Shown: piece after piece, positions 30,850 through 44,505 of the stretch
How the letters are laid out: each line of letters opens with the position of its first letter
How positions within the stretch are numbered: position 1 is the stretch's first letter
DNA from: an uncultured Thermus sp.
GTDB lineage: Bacteria; Deinococcota; Deinococci; Deinococcales; Thermaceae
Reading direction: 5' to 3'
Assembly (NCBI GenBank): GCA_947085095.1
Contig: CAMTVD010000018.1
Location: forward strand, 32,001-96,000
Length of the DNA stretch: 64,000 nt
Translations under genes and position numbers: made by a program
Notes under the pieces: model-generated
What the model was told of the DNA's origin: nothing
Seen by the model: only the letters and a program-made list of their open reading frames with translations
Databases searched by the model: none

Positions 30850-32894
30850 AGCTGGAAAAGGCGCTTTTTCTGGCCCATCCGGCCCAGGACCCCCGGGGGC
30901 TTCCCGGGGAGGGGTGGAAGGAGGTGGCCTTGCCCCACCAGTGGAGCCTCGAGGGCCTGGAGGCCGAGGTGGGCTGGTACCGCCTCCAGGTGCCCGAGGT
31001 GGGGCCAAGGCGCTTCCTGCGCCTTTGGGGGGATTACTACCAGGAGGCCTGGCTGGACGGGGCTTACCTGGGGCGGCACGAGGGGTACTTCTTCCCCTGG
31101 CTTTTGGAGCTTCCCCCGGGGCGGGAGCTTCTCCTAAGGGTCTCGGCCCCCAGGGAGCCCTTGGACCGGTGGCCCAGGTTCAAGCGGCAGATCAAGGGGG
31201 TCTTGGGCCAGCACGACTGCCGCCCTGGGGGGAACACGGAAAGGGGGCAGGAGCGGGGCACCGGGGGGCTTTGGGGCGGGGTGGAGGTCTGGCCCCGGCA
31301 GGAGGTGGCCCTCCTGGCCCTCACCCACCGCGCCCACCGGACCCCCACGGGCTGGCGGCTTCTGGTCCGGCTCTTGGTGGACGCTCCCCGGGCCTTTCAG
31401 GAGGAGGTTTGGCTTCGCCTCCTTCCGGAAAACTTCCCCGGGGAGGCCCGGGAGAAGCGGGGGGAGGTCCTTGGGGAGGGGGGCCGCTCCTGGCTTGAGG
31501 TGGTGTGGGACCTGCCGGAGATGCCCCTTTGGGAGGTGTGGGAGCGGGGCTTCCCCCACCTCTTCCGCCTCGAGGCGGAGCTCATGGGGGCCAGGCTTTC
31601 CGCCCCCCTGGGCTTCCGCACCCTGGGGCTGGATGGGGAGGGCTGGCTCCTTCTGAACGGGAACCGCCTCTTCCTCCGGGGCACCAACATCATCCCCACC
31701 CAGTGGCTTTCGGGCTACGGGGAGGAGCTGGCCCAAAGGGACGTGGCCCTCGTCAAGGAGGCCCACCTGAACGCGGTGCGGGTCCACGCCCACGTGGCCC
31801 ACCCCGCCTTTTACCGGGCCTGCGACCGGGAGGGGGTTCTGGTCTGGCAGGACTTCCCCTTGCAGTGGGGCTACGCCCCCGACGAGGCCTTCGCCAGGGA
31901 GGCCCTGCGCCAGGCCCGGGCCATGGTGGACCTTTTGGGGGCCCACCCCGCCATCTACCTCTGGTGCGCCCAGAACGAGCCCACCCACAACCGCCACACC
32001 CTGGGCCCCCTCCTCCTTACGGCCCTGAAGGAGGCCGACCCCACCCGCCCCGTGAAGGAGGCCTCGGACTTCCGGGAGCACCCCTATCCCGGCTGGTACT
32101 ATGGGCACCACCGGGACTTCCTGGCCCTCCCCGGGGCCCCCCTGCCCTCGGAGTTCGGGGCCCAGGCCCTGCCCCGGGCGGAGCTTCTCAGGCGGGTCCT
32201 GGGGGAGGCCGCCTGGCCGCCTCGGTGGGAGGTCTGGGCCTACCACAACTTCCAGCCCCACGAGACCTTCCGGGTGGCGGGGGTGGAGGTGGGGGAGAGC
32301 CTCGAGGCCTTCGTGGAAAGCTCCCAGGCCTACCAGGCGAAGCTCCTCACCTTCGCCATCCACGCCTACCGCCGGGCCAAGGGCAAGGTGGTGGGTTACT
32401 TCCAGTTCATGTTCGTGGAGCCCTGGGAGGGGATTACCTGGGCGGTCTTGGACGTGGAGCGGGTCCCCAAGAAGGGGTTTTACGCCCTGAAGGAGGCCAG
32501 CAGCCCGGTCCTCCTCTCCCTGGTGCCCTTCCGCGAGCGGCTGGAGGTGGGCGGCCCGCCCCTCATGGAGGCCTGGCTGGTGAACGACCTGCCCCGGCCC
32601 CTAAGGCTTCGGGTGCGCCTTTGGCTGGAGGGGGAGGCGGGGCTGGACCTCTGGCAGGGGGAGATGGACCTGGGGGCGGGGGAGGCGCGGTGCTTCTTCC
32701 ACCTCATGGAGGCCTGGGAGGCTCCCCTGGAGGCCCAGGCCGCCTTGGCTCCCTTGCAGGAGGCCCTGAGGGGCCTTCCTCCCGGGGAGTACCGCCTGGT
32801 GGGGGAGGCCTGGGAGGGGGAGAGGCTTTGGTCCCGGCACCAGGTGGCCCTCACTTACCTGCCCCCCCTCCTGCCCCCGGGGGTGGCCTGGTAG
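30846..32894 (+). CDS. GH2 beta-galactosidase / beta-mannosidase-like hydrolase
   Basis: LRGTN, NAVRVHAH, WQDF, WCAQNEP, SEFG; ATG at 30846. Confidence 0.85.
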   Translation: MKLEKALFLAHPAQDPRGLPGEGWKEVALPHQWSLEGLEAEVGWYRLQVPEVGPRRFLRLWGDYYQEAWLDGAYLGRHEGYFFPWLLELPPGRELLLRVSAPREPLDRWPRFKRQIKGVLGQHDCRPGGNTERGQERGTGGLWGGVEVWPRQEVALLALTHRAHRTPTGWRLLVRLLVDAPRAFQEEVWLRLLPENFPGEAREKRGEVLGEGGRSWLEVVWDLPEMPLWEVWERGFPHLFRLEAELMGARLSAPLGFRTLGLDGEGWLLLNGNRLFLRGTNIIPTQWLSGYGEELAQRDVALVKEAHLNAVRVHAHVAHPAFYRACDREGVLVWQDFPLQWGYAPDEAFAREALRQARAMVDLLGAHPAIYLWCAQNEPTHNRHTLGPLLLTALKEADPTRPVKEASDFREHPYPGWYYGHHRDFLALPGAPLPSEFGAQALPRAELLRRVLGEAAWPPRWEVWAYHNFQPHETFRVAGVEVGESLEAFVESSQAYQAKLLTFAIHAYRRAKGKVVGYFQFMFVEPWEGITWAVLDVERVPKKGFYALKEASSPVLLSLVPFRERLEVGGPPLMEAWLVNDLPRPLRLRVRLWLEGEAGLDLWQGEMDLGAGEARCFFHLMEAWEAPLEAQAALAPLQEALRGLPPGEYRLVGEAWEGERLWSRHQVALTYLPPLLPPGVAW

Positions 32895-32936
32895 CCTGGG
32901 GCGTGGACCGGGCCCGGAGCCCATAAAGGGGAAAGA

Positions 32937-34367
32937 ATGCGGGCGAAGCTGGGCGATGTGGAGCTGGCCCTCGAGGCGGAATCCCTGGAGAGGGTAGAAG
33001 GGGGAATCCGCCTTCTGGGAAAGGAGGTGCGGGTTTACCCCCCTTTCCAGGCCCGGACCTTCTTCCGCCACGGCTGGCAGAGCTGGAGCCTTACCGCCTG
33101 GGTGGACCTGAAGGAGGCCAAAAGGCCCCTCCTTCCCAAGGAACGGCGGCCCCAGGCGGACGACCCCTTCCTCCTGGAGTCCTCGGCCTGGTGGGGAAGC
33201 GGGGTGGGGGCCCTGAAGGGACCGGACGGGAAGGTGCTCCTCTTGGGCGCCCTGGGCGTGGGGGCCCGGGTGCGGGGGGAGGAGGGCCTCCTCCTGGGCC
33301 GCTACGCGGAGGGGGAGGGGGAGTGGTTTCTGGCTTACAGCGAGGAAGCGGAGGTTTTCGCCGCCTACAGCAGGCTTCTCCCAGGGAGGCTATCCGGGAG
33401 GCCCCCCAGGGTCTGGTGCTCCTGGTACAGCTTCTTCACGGGGATCAGCGAGGCCCTTCTCCTTTCCGTCCTGGAGGAGATACGGGGCTACCCCTTTGAG
33501 GTCTTTCAGGTGGACGACGGCTGGCAGAGGGCCTTAGGGGACTGGGAGCCCAACGAGAGGTTCCCCCGGGGCATGGCCTTTTTGGCGGAGGCCATCCGGG
33601 AGAGGGGCCTGAGGCCCGGGCTGTGGCTCGCCCCCTTCCTGGTGACGGTGGAAAGCTCCCTTTACCGGGGCCATCCAGACTGGGTGTTGCGGGACGGGGA
33701 AGGCAGGCCCATCCCTGCGGGCTTCAACTGGGGTAAGCCCCTTTTCGCCCTGGATTCCGGTAAGGAGGAGGTGGTGGACTTCGCGGTGGACCTGGTGCAC
33801 AAGGCCCTCGCCTGGGGGTACGACTACCTCAAGCTGGACTTCCTCTACGCCGCCGCCCTCCCCGGGGCCGAGGGGGAGGGGCGGTACCGGGAGGCTTTGG
33901 GGCGGATCCGCCAGGCGGCGGGAGCAGCCTACCTCCTTTTCTGCGGGGCCCCGGTCTTCGCCTCCTTGGGCCTGGCCGACGGCCTCAGGGTGGGGCCCGA
34001 CGCGGCCCCCTACTGGGACAACGAGGACCGGACCCTCTGGCTTTCCGACCCCACGGGGCCGGGGCTCAGGAACGCCCTCCGCACCAGCCTCAACCGGCTT
34101 TGGCTCGGGGAAAATGTCCATGTGGATCCCGATGTGGTCTACTTCCGCACCCGCTTCAACCTGCTCCGCCCAGAGGAGATGCGCCTGCAGGAGGGCCTGG
34201 CCCACCTTACCGGGTTCAAGGCCACCTCGGACCCTCCCTCCTGGCTTCTGCCCGAGGAAAAGGAACGCCTTCGGGCCTTTCTTTCCCAGGAGGTGCCCGT
34301 GCGCCGTCTGGGCCCCTACCAGCTTCAGGTGGGGGAGGAGGTTCTGGACTATGCCCTCGTTCTATAA
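32937..34367 (+). CDS. GH36 alpha-galactosidase
   Basis: WCSWY, FQVDDGW, GLWLAPF, YLKLDF, RVGPD. Confidence 0.92.
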   Translation: MRAKLGDVELALEAESLERVEGGIRLLGKEVRVYPPFQARTFFRHGWQSWSLTAWVDLKEAKRPLLPKERRPQADDPFLLESSAWWGSGVGALKGPDGKVLLLGALGVGARVRGEEGLLLGRYAEGEGEWFLAYSEEAEVFAAYSRLLPGRLSGRPPRVWCSWYSFFTGISEALLLSVLEEIRGYPFEVFQVDDGWQRALGDWEPNERFPRGMAFLAEAIRERGLRPGLWLAPFLVTVESSLYRGHPDWVLRDGEGRPIPAGFNWGKPLFALDSGKEEVVDFAVDLVHKALAWGYDYLKLDFLYAAALPGAEGEGRYREALGRIRQAAGAAYLLFCGAPVFASLGLADGLRVGPDAAPYWDNEDRTLWLSDPTGPGLRNALRTSLNRLWLGENVHVDPDVVYFRTRFNLLRPEEMRLQEGLAHLTGFKATSDPPSWLLPEEKERLRAFLSQEVPVRRLGPYQLQVGEEVLDYALVL

Positions 34368-35397
34368 GCGCTACCACCGCAAGGCCGACGGGCGGGAGCT
34401 GATCCTCTATGGCCATAGCCCCCTCACAGCAGAACCCCTCCCTGAGCCCGAGGAGGCCTTCCGGCCCGCCCCCCACCTCCGCCACCACCCCTTGCGGGGG
34501 GAGTGGGTGGTCTACGCCGCCCACCGCCAGGAGCGCACCTTTTTGCCCCCCAGGGAGCACTGCCCCCTTTGCCCCAGCCGGGAAGGGGGCTTTCCCACGG
34601 AGATTCCCTTTCCCCGCTTCCAGGTGGCGGTTTTTGAGAACCGCTTTCCCTCCCTGGTGCCAGGCCCCCCCTCTCCCCCCGAGGGCCTGCCGGTGGCCGT
34701 GGGGGAGGCTTTGGGGCGGTGCGAGGTGGTGGTCTACACGGAGGCCCACACCGGGAGCCTGGCCTCCCTCTCTGAGGAGGAAAGGCTTCTCCTCGCCTGG
34801 GTGTGGCGGGAGCGCTACCAGGCCCTCTACGCCTTGGAGGGGGTGCGCTTCGTCATGCCCTTTGAGAACCGGGGGGAGGCGGTGGGGGTTACCCTCCACC
34901 ATCCCCACGGGCAGATCTACGCCTATCCCTTCGTGCCCCCCGTCCTGGAGCGGGAGAGCCAGGCCTTCCGGGAGAAGGCGGTTCTGCTAGAGCTTTTCCC
35001 CCACCTGGGCCCTTACGCCGTGGACCAGGAGGAGGGTTTCTTGGCCTTCGTGCCCCCCTTTGCCCGCTACCCCTTTGAGGTCTGGGTGGCCCCAAAGGAG
35101 CGCCACCCCGGCCCCTGGACCTTCGGCGAGGGGGAGATGGCCGCCTTCGCCCGGCTTTTGGGCCGGGTGGTGGCCCGCTACGATGCCCTCTACGGGGAGC
35201 CTTTCCCCTACGTCATGGTCTTCCACGCCGCCCCCTTGGGGGAGGAGGGCACCTTCCACTTCCACGTGGAGTTCTACCCACCAAGGCGCACCAGGGACAA
35301 GCTGAAGTTTTTGGCGGGGACGGAGCTTGGGGCGGGCACCTTCGTGGTGGACGCGCTTCCAGAGGACACGGCGCGAATCTTACGGGAGGCGTTATGA
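34351..35397 (+). CDS. galT: Galactose-1-phosphate uridylyltransferase
   Basis: CPLCP, FENRG, HPHGQ; ATG at 34351. Confidence 0.94.
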   Translation: MPSFYKRYHRKADGRELILYGHSPLTAEPLPEPEEAFRPAPHLRHHPLRGEWVVYAAHRQERTFLPPREHCPLCPSREGGFPTEIPFPRFQVAVFENRFPSLVPGPPSPPEGLPVAVGEALGRCEVVVYTEAHTGSLASLSEEERLLLAWVWRERYQALYALEGVRFVMPFENRGEAVGVTLHHPHGQIYAYPFVPPVLERESQAFREKAVLLELFPHLGPYAVDQEEGFLAFVPPFARYPFEVWVAPKERHPGPWTFGEGEMAAFARLLGRVVARYDALYGEPFPYVMVFHAAPLGEEGTFHFHVEFYPPRRTRDKLKFLAGTELGAGTFVVDALPEDTARILREAL

Positions 35398-36884
35398 AAT
35401 ACTTGCTGGCCTTAGACCAGGGGACCACCTCCAGCCGGGCCATCCTCTTCACCCTGGGGGGCGAGGTGGTGGCCGTGGCCCGGCGGGCCTTCCGGCAGCT
35501 TTACCCGGAGCCGGGCCTGGTGGAGCACGACCCCAAGGAGATCTGGGAGACCCAGTTATGGGCGGCCCAGGAGGCTTTGCGCCAGGCGGGGGCGGACCCC
35601 AAGGAAGTGGTGGCCCTGGGGATCACCAACCAGCGGGAGACCACCCTGGTGTGGGACCGGACCACGGGCGAACCCTTCCACCACGCCCTCGTCTGGCAGG
35701 ATAGGCGCACCGCTTCCCTGTGCGAGGCCTTTAGGGAGAAGGGCCTGGAGCCCCTCTTCCGGGAGCGCACGGGCCTCCTCCTGGACCCCTACTTCTCGGG
35801 AACCAAGCTCCTGTGGCTTCTGGAGAATGTGCCCGGGCTTAGGGCGAAGGCGGAGAGGGGGGAGGCCCTCTTCGGCACCGTGGACACCTGGCTCCTCTGG
35901 AACCTCACCGGGGGTAGGGTCCACGCCACCGACCCCACGAACGCCAGCCGTACCCTGCTCTTCAACCTGCACACCCTGTCTTGGGACGAGGAGCTGCTGG
36001 ACCTTCTGGGGATTCCTGGGGCCATGCTCCCCGAGGTGCGTCCCTCGGACGGGGACTTCGGGGAGGCCCTGCCGGAGCTTCTTGGGGCCCCCATCCCCAT
36101 CCGGGGGGTTCTCGGGGACCAGCAGGCGGCCCTCTTCGGCCAGGCGGCCCTCTTGGCGGGGGAGGGAAAGTGCACCTACGGCACCGGGGCCTTCCTCCTC
36201 CTGAACACGGGGGGGCGCCCGGTCTTCTCCCAGAAGGGCCTCCTCACCACCGTGGCCTGGAGCCTGGGCGGGAAGGCCACCTACGCCCTGGAGGGAAGCG
36301 TCTTCGTGGCCGGGGCGGCCATCCAGTGGCTCAAGGAGGTGGGCCTCATCGGGGAAAGCCGGGAGGTGGAGGCCCTGGCGGGGAGCGTGGCGGATAACGG
36401 CGGCGTCTACCTGGTCCCCGCCTTCGCCGGCCTGGGGGCCCCCTACTGGGACCCCTACGCCCGGGGGGCCATCCTGGGCCTCACCCGGGGGACCACCAGG
36501 GCCCACCTGGCCCGGGCGGCCCTGGAGGGAGTGGCCTTCCTGGTGGCGGACGTGGCGGAGGCCATGGCGGAGGAGGCCCGCCTCCCCCTCCAGGAGCTCA
36601 AAGTGGACGGGGGCATGGCGGAAAACGACCTCTTCCTCCAGATCCAGGCGGATCTCCTGGGGAGGGCGGTGGCCCGGCCCCGGGTGACGGAGACCACGGC
36701 CCTGGGAGCGGCCCTGATGGCGGGGGTGGGGGCGGGGGTCCTGGACCTGGAGGGGGTGCGAGGGGTCTGGAACCTGGAGGCCCGCTTTGCTCCCGGGATG
36801 CCCGGGGACCGCCGCCAGGCCCTCTTGCGGGGGTGGCGGCGGGCGGTGGAACGGGCTATGGGCTTCGCCAGGGAGGAAACGTGA
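35394..36884 (+). CDS. glpK: Glycerol kinase
   Basis: [40 protein letters not shown]. Confidence 0.96.
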   Translation: MKYLLALDQGTTSSRAILFTLGGEVVAVARRAFRQLYPEPGLVEHDPKEIWETQLWAAQEALRQAGADPKEVVALGITNQRETTLVWDRTTGEPFHHALVWQDRRTASLCEAFREKGLEPLFRERTGLLLDPYFSGTKLLWLLENVPGLRAKAERGEALFGTVDTWLLWNLTGGRVHATDPTNASRTLLFNLHTLSWDEELLDLLGIPGAMLPEVRPSDGDFGEALPELLGAPIPIRGVLGDQQAALFGQAALLAGEGKCTYGTGAFLLLNTGGRPVFSQKGLLTTVAWSLGGKATYALEGSVFVAGAAIQWLKEVGLIGESREVEALAGSVADNGGVYLVPAFAGLGAPYWDPYARGAILGLTRGTTRAHLARAALEGVAFLVADVAEAMAEEARLPLQELKVDGGMAENDLFLQIQADLLGRAVARPRVTETTALGAALMAGVGAGVLDLEGVRGVWNLEARFAPGMPGDRRQALLRGWRRAVERAMGFAREET

Positions 36885-38412
36885 TGGACCGGGAAGCCCT
36901 CTGGGCAAGGCTCAAGGAGCCCTTTGACCTCCTCATCCTCGGCGGGGGGGCCACGGGGGCCGGGGTGCTTTGGGAGGCCACCTTAAGGGGGCTCAAGGCG
37001 GCCTTGGTGGAGGCGGGAGACTTTGCCTCAGGGACGAGCTCCCGGAGCACCAAGCTCCTCCACGGGGGGGTGCGCTACTTGGAGCTGGCGGTGAAGCGCC
37101 TGGACCGCCGCCAGTTCAAGCTGGTGCGGGAGGCCTTGGCGGAGCGCAAGGTGGTTCTGGACCTTGCCCCCCACCTGGCCCGGCCCCTCACCCTCATCAC
37201 CCCCCTCTTCCGCCCGCTGGAGATCCCCTACTACTGGGCGGGCCTCAAGCTCTACGACCTCCTGGCGGGGAAGAGGTGCCTCGGCCCTAGCCGCTACCTT
37301 CCCCCGGAGGCGGTGCGGGACCTCTTCCCCGACCTGCCCAGGACCCTGGGGGGCGTGGCCTACCAGGACGGCCAGTTTGAGGACTTCCGCCTGAACCTGG
37401 CCTTGGTCCTCTCCGCCCTGGACCGGGGGGCGGTGGCCCTGAACCACGCCGAGGCCAAGGCCCTTCTCCTGGAGGGGGGCCAGGTGCGGGGGGCGGTGGT
37501 GGAGGACCGCCTCACGGGAAAGGAGGTGGAGGTCCACGCCAAGGCGGTGGTGAACGCCACCGGCCCTCTGGCCGACGGGGTGCGCCGCCTTTTGGACCCC
37601 CACCTCCCCCCCCTCCTCACCCCCTCCAGCGGGGCCCACCTGGTCCTGGACTACCCCCTGAAGGCGGGCCTCCTCATCCCCAGGACCCAAGACGGCCGGG
37701 TCCTCTTCCTCCTGCCCTACCGGGGAATGGCCCTCCTGGGCACCACGGACCTCCCCGCCGAGCCCGGGCCCTGCCCCCTTCCCCGGGAGGAGGAGGTGGC
37801 CTACCTCCTTCAGGAGATCCGCCCCTACCTGGGGGACCTCGCCTCCCGGGTGCGGGCCTCCTGGTCGGGCCTGAGGCCCCTGGTGGGGAAGGGGGAGACC
37901 AGGCTTTTGGTGCGGGACCACTACATAGAGGCCAGGCAGGGGCTCTACACCCTGGTGGGGGGGAAGTGGACCACCTTCCGCCTCATGGCCCTGGACCTGG
38001 TGGAGCGGGTGGCCCGGGACCTGGGCCTTTTCCTACCCCCTTCCGCCTCCCACACCACTCCCCTCCTGGGGGCGGGCCCCCGGCCTCCCCTGGACCTTTC
38101 CGGGGAGGTGGCCCAGCACCTCTACGCCACCTACGGGGCCCTGGCCCTCGAGGTGGCCTCCCTGGGGGATAGGCCCCTCCTCCCGGGGCTTCCCTACCTG
38201 GAGGGGGAGGTGCGTTGGGGGGTACGGCACGAGCTGGCCCAAAAACCCCTGGACATCCTGGCCCGGAGGATGGGGCTAGCCTTCCTGGACCGGGAGAAGG
38301 CCCTTCTGGCCCTGCCCCGGGTGGTGGAGCTCATGGCCCCCCTCCTGGGCTGGAACGAGGGGCGGAAGGCGGCGGAGCTGGAGGAGGCCAGGAGGGCCCT
38401 CCCTGGGCTTTG

Positions 38413-38416
<4 letters not shown>
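36881..38416 (+). CDS. glpD: FAD-dependent glycerol-3-phosphate dehydrogenase
   Basis: [33 protein letters not shown]. Confidence 0.95.
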
Positions 38417-40257
<1,841 letters not shown>

Positions 40258-40330
40258 CGTCTACCTCCCTTGTCCTATGGTAGCGCCTTCCCGGTGAGAG
40301 GACTGAGGGGTGTGGTATCCTTTAGCGGCG

Positions 40331-41683
40331 ATGAAGGGGGTCCTCGAGGCCCTGCACCAAGGGGATTACGACACCGCCATAGAGCGCCTCACCCGCAAGG
40401 CCCTCTTCGGCCGCAAAGAGGAGGCCCGGGAGGCCCTGCTCCTCCTGGCCGAGGTGCACAGCCTTTATGGGGAAGAGGGTCTGGAGAAGGCCCACCGGGC
40501 CCTGGAGGAGGCCTATGAGCTGGGGGAGCTGGAGTATAACCCCCTTTACCGGGCTTTGTTGGGGGAGCTTCTCGCCCTCGAGGGGCGTTCGGAGCGGGAG
40601 GTCCTCCCCCTTTTCCTGCCCACGGAGGACCCTAGGGCCCGCTACCACCAGGCCCAGGCCCTCTCCTATCTGGGGAAGTTTGAGGAGGCGTTGCAGGCCC
40701 TGAAGCCGGGGCTTCCTGCCTTTTTGGCCTGGCGGGCGGAGGGGCTTAGGGGGCGGGCCCTGGAGCGGCTTGGCCGCCACCGGGAGGCGGCCTTGGCCTA
40801 CGAGGGGGGGGCGGGAATCGCCTTGGGGGTGGAGCGGTACTGGCTCCTCTTGGACGCCGCCGCCATGTGGCTGGAGGCGGGGGAGGGGGAGCGGGCCCTT
40901 TTGGCCCTCGAGGAGGCCGAGGCCACGGTGGAGGAGGAGAGCGCCGAGGACGCCGCCACCCGCCACTACCTCTTAGCCCGGGCCCACCTCCTCCTGGGCA
41001 ACCCCAACCGGGCCCTGGAGGAGGCGAGAAGGGCCCTGGAGAAGGAGGAGGAAAGCGGCCACCAGGCCTACGGCACCCCTATGGTGGCGGGCCAGGCCCT
41101 TCTGCAACTGGGGCGCTACCCAGAGGCCATGGAGGCCTACCGGGAAGCCCTCCGGCGGGCGGAGGCGGCGGAGCGCCCCTACGTCCTCCACGAGATGGCG
41201 GTGGCGGCCCTGGACCAGGCGGCCTATCTGGAGGCGGAAGGCTACCTGCGGGAGCTTCTGCACGGGGAGGGCTACCCCTACCGGGCCCAGGCCCTGGCGG
41301 ACCTGGCGGAGGCCCTCTACCGCCAGGGGCGGTACGGGGAAGCGGAGGCGATGGCCCGGGAAGCCATGCGCCTGGGGGCGGAGGCCTCGGGAGAGCTCAT
41401 CCTGGGCCACATCGCCTACGATCTCATGCACCTGGAGGAGGCCCTGGCCCACTACCGCCTGGCGGCGGAGCAGGCCGAGGAGGGAAGCCGGGAGTGGGTG
41501 GGGGCGCAGGAGATGGTGGTGGACACCCTGGCCCAGCTGGGCTACCGCTCCCCCGAGGAGATCCTGGCCCGCACCGAGGCCGTTTTGCCCCACGTCCACC
41601 CCGCGGACGAGTGGCACCAGGCCCTCCTCGCCTACCGCGAGCGGGCTCTGGCCCTCCTGCGCGAGGGGAGGCGGCCTAACTAG
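40331..41683 (+). CDS. Tetratricopeptide-repeat protein
   Basis: Repeated LGxxxEA-type helical hairpins; host-like codon use. Confidence 0.8.
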   Translation: MKGVLEALHQGDYDTAIERLTRKALFGRKEEAREALLLLAEVHSLYGEEGLEKAHRALEEAYELGELEYNPLYRALLGELLALEGRSEREVLPLFLPTEDPRARYHQAQALSYLGKFEEALQALKPGLPAFLAWRAEGLRGRALERLGRHREAALAYEGGAGIALGVERYWLLLDAAAMWLEAGEGERALLALEEAEATVEEESAEDAATRHYLLARAHLLLGNPNRALEEARRALEKEEESGHQAYGTPMVAGQALLQLGRYPEAMEAYREALRRAEAAERPYVLHEMAVAALDQAAYLEAEGYLRELLHGEGYPYRAQALADLAEALYRQGRYGEAEAMAREAMRLGAEASGELILGHIAYDLMHLEEALAHYRLAAEQAEEGSREWVGAQEMVVDTLAQLGYRSPEEILARTEAVLPHVHPADEWHQALLAYRERALALLREGRRPN

Positions 41684-42713
41684 CCCCTTTGCGCAGGGGG
41701 AAAAGGGCCTTGAGCACCTCCTGGACCCTGAGGGGTTTGGGCAGGTGGAGGACCCGGAGGGGCCTAAAGAGGAGGCCAGGGGGGGTTTCGCTCACCAGGT
41801 AGAGGGAGGCCAGCCTGCCCTCGGGATGGCCCCGCACCCTCCTGGCCGCCTCCAAGGCCTTTTCCCCCTGGAGGACGATGCCTTTGGGCCTCTCCTTGAG
41901 AAGCCGCAGGAGCCCTTCCAGATCCCGGGGCAGGAGGACCCGGAAGCGGTGGGCTTCCAACAGGTAGAGGAGAAGCCGGCGCACCACCCCGCTTTCCGCC
42001 AGGACCAGGATCAGGGGGTCCTCCGCCAGCAGGGTGGAGGGGCGGACCAGCCCCCGGCTTTTCAGCTCGTGGAGGAGGTGGTAGACCTCCTCCTCGGGAA
42101 GGCCGGAGAGGAGGGCCACGCTCCTGGCCCGCCTGACCCCGTCCAGGAGCTCCAGCACCGTCCAGGCCTCGGGGGAGAGGGGATGGCGGGTGGGGTCCTC
42201 CACCAGGTGGAGGACCTCGTCCGGGTCCACCTGCCCTCTCCGCCACTCGTCCAGGCGCCGGGCGGCCTCCATGAGGGCCCAGTCCGTGTCCAGGGTCTGG
42301 GGGAGGGCCACCTGGCTCCCTTCCTCTAAGGGCTCGGCCAAGACCTCCCCTTCCTTCTCCCCCAAGAGGGTGGCCAGGGCCTCCAGCACCTGGGCTTTTA
42401 GGGCCTCCAAGAGCTCCTCCTCCCCAATGAGGCCCAGCTCCAGGGCCAAGGCCCCTAAGGGGGTCCCGGGGTTTTCCCGGTCCTGGCGCTCCACCAGGGT
42501 CTGGACCTCCTCCAGGCTCAGGTGCCCGAGGCGCACCAGATACTCCCCCAGGTGGGGGCCGGGCTCGGTGCGGGCGTAGAGGATGCGTCCCCCAAGGAGG
42601 TGGACCCGGCCGTAGATCCGGCCCCGGAAGCTCACCACGGCGCTCTTGCGGCTCCCGGCCAGGGCTTTCAGGAGCTCTCCCAGGTCCAACTCCACGAGCG
42701 AGGCCCGGATCAT
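41676..42713 (-). CDS. DUF4388 (PATAN-like) protein with MshEN-like repeats and a degenerate receiver-like C-terminus
   Basis: [12 protein letters not shown]...[13 protein letters not shown], two LGxxL..xG...Q repeats, [12 protein letters not shown]. Confidence 0.75.
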   Translation of the reverse strand: MIRASLVELDLGELLKALAGSRKSAVVSFRGRIYGRVHLLGGRILYARTEPGPHLGEYLVRLGHLSLEEVQTLVERQDRENPGTPLGALALELGLIGEEELLEALKAQVLEALATLLGEKEGEVLAEPLEEGSQVALPQTLDTDWALMEAARRLDEWRRGQVDPDEVLHLVEDPTRHPLSPEAWTVLELLDGVRRARSVALLSGLPEEEVYHLLHELKSRGLVRPSTLLAEDPLILVLAESGVVRRLLLYLLEAHRFRVLLPRDLEGLLRLLKERPKGIVLQGEKALEAARRVRGHPEGRLASLYLVSETPPGLLFRPLRVLHLPKPLRVQEVLKALFPLRKGAS

Positions 42714-43687
42714 AGGAGGGGTTCCACGGGGGGTGGGTAGCCCAGGTGGCGGTAGGCCTTTTCTGTGGCCACCCGGCCCCTGGGGGTGCGCTTCAGGAGG
42801 CCCTGCTGGATGAGGTAGGGCTCGTGGACCTCCTCCAGGGTCCCTGGGTCCTCGGAAAGGGCGGTGGCTAGGGTCCCTAGGCCCACCGGTCCCCCGGCGA
42901 AGCGGCCGATCAGGACCTCGAGGATCTCCCGGTCCCGCTTCTCCAGGCCCAGCTCGTCCAGGCCCAGGGCGTTTAAGGCTTCCTTGGCCCTTTCCCCGGT
43001 GATCACCTCCTCCCCCGCCACCTGGGCGAAGTCCCGCACCCGGCGGAAGAGCCTTTTGGCGATGCGCATGGTGCCCCGGCTCCTCTTGGCGATCTCCCGG
43101 GCGGCCTCCTCGGTGATCCCTACCCCGAGAAGCCTGGCGTCCCGCTCCACCCCCTCCATGAGCTCCTCCAGGGTGTAGTACTCCAGAAGCTCCACGATGC
43201 CGAAGCGGCTCCTTAGGGGTGCGGTGATGAGGCCCGGCCGGGTGGTGGCCCCGATCAGGGTGAAGCGGGGAAGCTCCAGGCGGATGGTCCTGGCCGCGGG
43301 CCCTTGGCCGATGACGATGTCCATGGCGAAGTCCTCCATGGCCGGGTAGAGGTGCTCCTCCGCTTGGCGGCTTAGGCGGTGGATCTCGTCAATGAAGAGG
43401 ATGTCCCCCTCCTCCAGGGAGTTGGCCAGGATGGCGGCCAGGTCCCCGGGCTTCTCTATGGCGGGGCCCGAGGTGGTGCGGATGTTCACGCCCAGCTCAT
43501 AGGCGATCACGTGGGCCAGGGTGGTCTTGCCCAGGCCAGGGGGCCCGGAGAGAAGCACGTGCTCCAGGGGCTCCCCCCGGGCCCTGGCGGCCTCCAGGTA
43601 GACCCTGAGCTTCCCCTTCAGCCGCTCCTGGCCGATGTACTCCTCCAGGGTTTTGGGCCTTAGGGTGAGGTCCTCGTACACGGCCAC
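42710..43687 (-). CDS. ruvB: Holliday junction helicase RuvB
   Basis: [38 protein letters not shown]; start is approximate. Confidence 0.97.
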   Translation of the reverse strand: MAVYEDLTLRPKTLEEYIGQERLKGKLRVYLEAARARGEPLEHVLLSGPPGLGKTTLAHVIAYELGVNIRTTSGPAIEKPGDLAAILANSLEEGDILFIDEIHRLSRQAEEHLYPAMEDFAMDIVIGQGPAARTIRLELPRFTLIGATTRPGLITAPLRSRFGIVELLEYYTLEELMEGVERDARLLGVGITEEAAREIAKRSRGTMRIAKRLFRRVRDFAQVAGEEVITGERAKEALNALGLDELGLEKRDREILEVLIGRFAGGPVGLGTLATALSEDPGTLEEVHEPYLIQQGLLKRTPRGRVATEKAYRHLGYPPPVEPLL

Positions 43688-43711
43688 GCCTTCACATGAT
43701 AGCCTTTTCCC

Positions 43712-44494
43712 GTGCGCACGGTGAAGGACTTTCGCCAGGCCAAAGGAAAGCGGCTCGTCTACCTCACCGCCTACGACTACCCCACCGCCCGCTTGGCGGA
43801 GGCCGCGGGGGTGGACGCCATCCTGGTGGGGGACTCCTTGGGCATGGTGGTCCTGGGCTATTCCTCCACGGTGCCCGTGACCCTGGAGGAGATGCTCCAC
43901 CACACCAAGGCCGCCCGCCGGGGGGCCCCGAACACCTTCCTGGTGGCCGACCTCCCTTACCTCAGCTACGCCACCTTGGACCGGGCCCTCTTGGCGGCGG
44001 AAAGGCTCCTCAAGGAGGGTGGGGCGGACGCGGTGAAGCTGGAGGGCGGGGAGGAGGTGGCGGAGATCGTGTTGGGCCTCACCCGGGCGGGGGTGCCGGT
44101 CCTGGGGCATGTGGGCCTCACCCCGCAGACGGCGAGCCAGCTTGGGGGGTATAAGCTCCAGGGGAAGCGCCCGGAGGAGGCGGAGAGGATTCTCGGGGGG
44201 GCCTTGGCCCTCGAGGCCGCCGGGGCCTACGGGGTGGTCCTGGAGATGGTCCCCGCCCTCCTGGCCAAGGAGATCAGCGAAAGGCTTTCCATTCACACCG
44301 TGGGCATCGGCGCCGGGCCCCACACCGACGCCCAGATTCTGGTCTTCCACGATGTGGTGGGGCTTTACTGGGAGTTCAAGCCCCGGTTCGTCAAGCGCTA
44401 CCTGGAGGCGGGGAAGCTGATCCAGGAGGCCCTTGCCCGCTACGCAGAAGAGGTGCGGCAGGGGGTGTTCCCCCAGGAGGAGCACAGCTTCTAA
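43712..44494 (+). CDS. panB: 3-methyl-2-oxobutanoate hydroxymethyltransferase
   Basis: [25 protein letters not shown]. Confidence 0.97.
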   Translation: MRTVKDFRQAKGKRLVYLTAYDYPTARLAEAAGVDAILVGDSLGMVVLGYSSTVPVTLEEMLHHTKAARRGAPNTFLVADLPYLSYATLDRALLAAERLLKEGGADAVKLEGGEEVAEIVLGLTRAGVPVLGHVGLTPQTASQLGGYKLQGKRPEEAERILGGALALEAAGAYGVVLEMVPALLAKEISERLSIHTVGIGAGPHTDAQILVFHDVVGLYWEFKPRFVKRYLEAGKLIQEALARYAEEVRQGVFPQEEHSF

Positions 44495-44505
44495 AATGGA
44501 CATTT

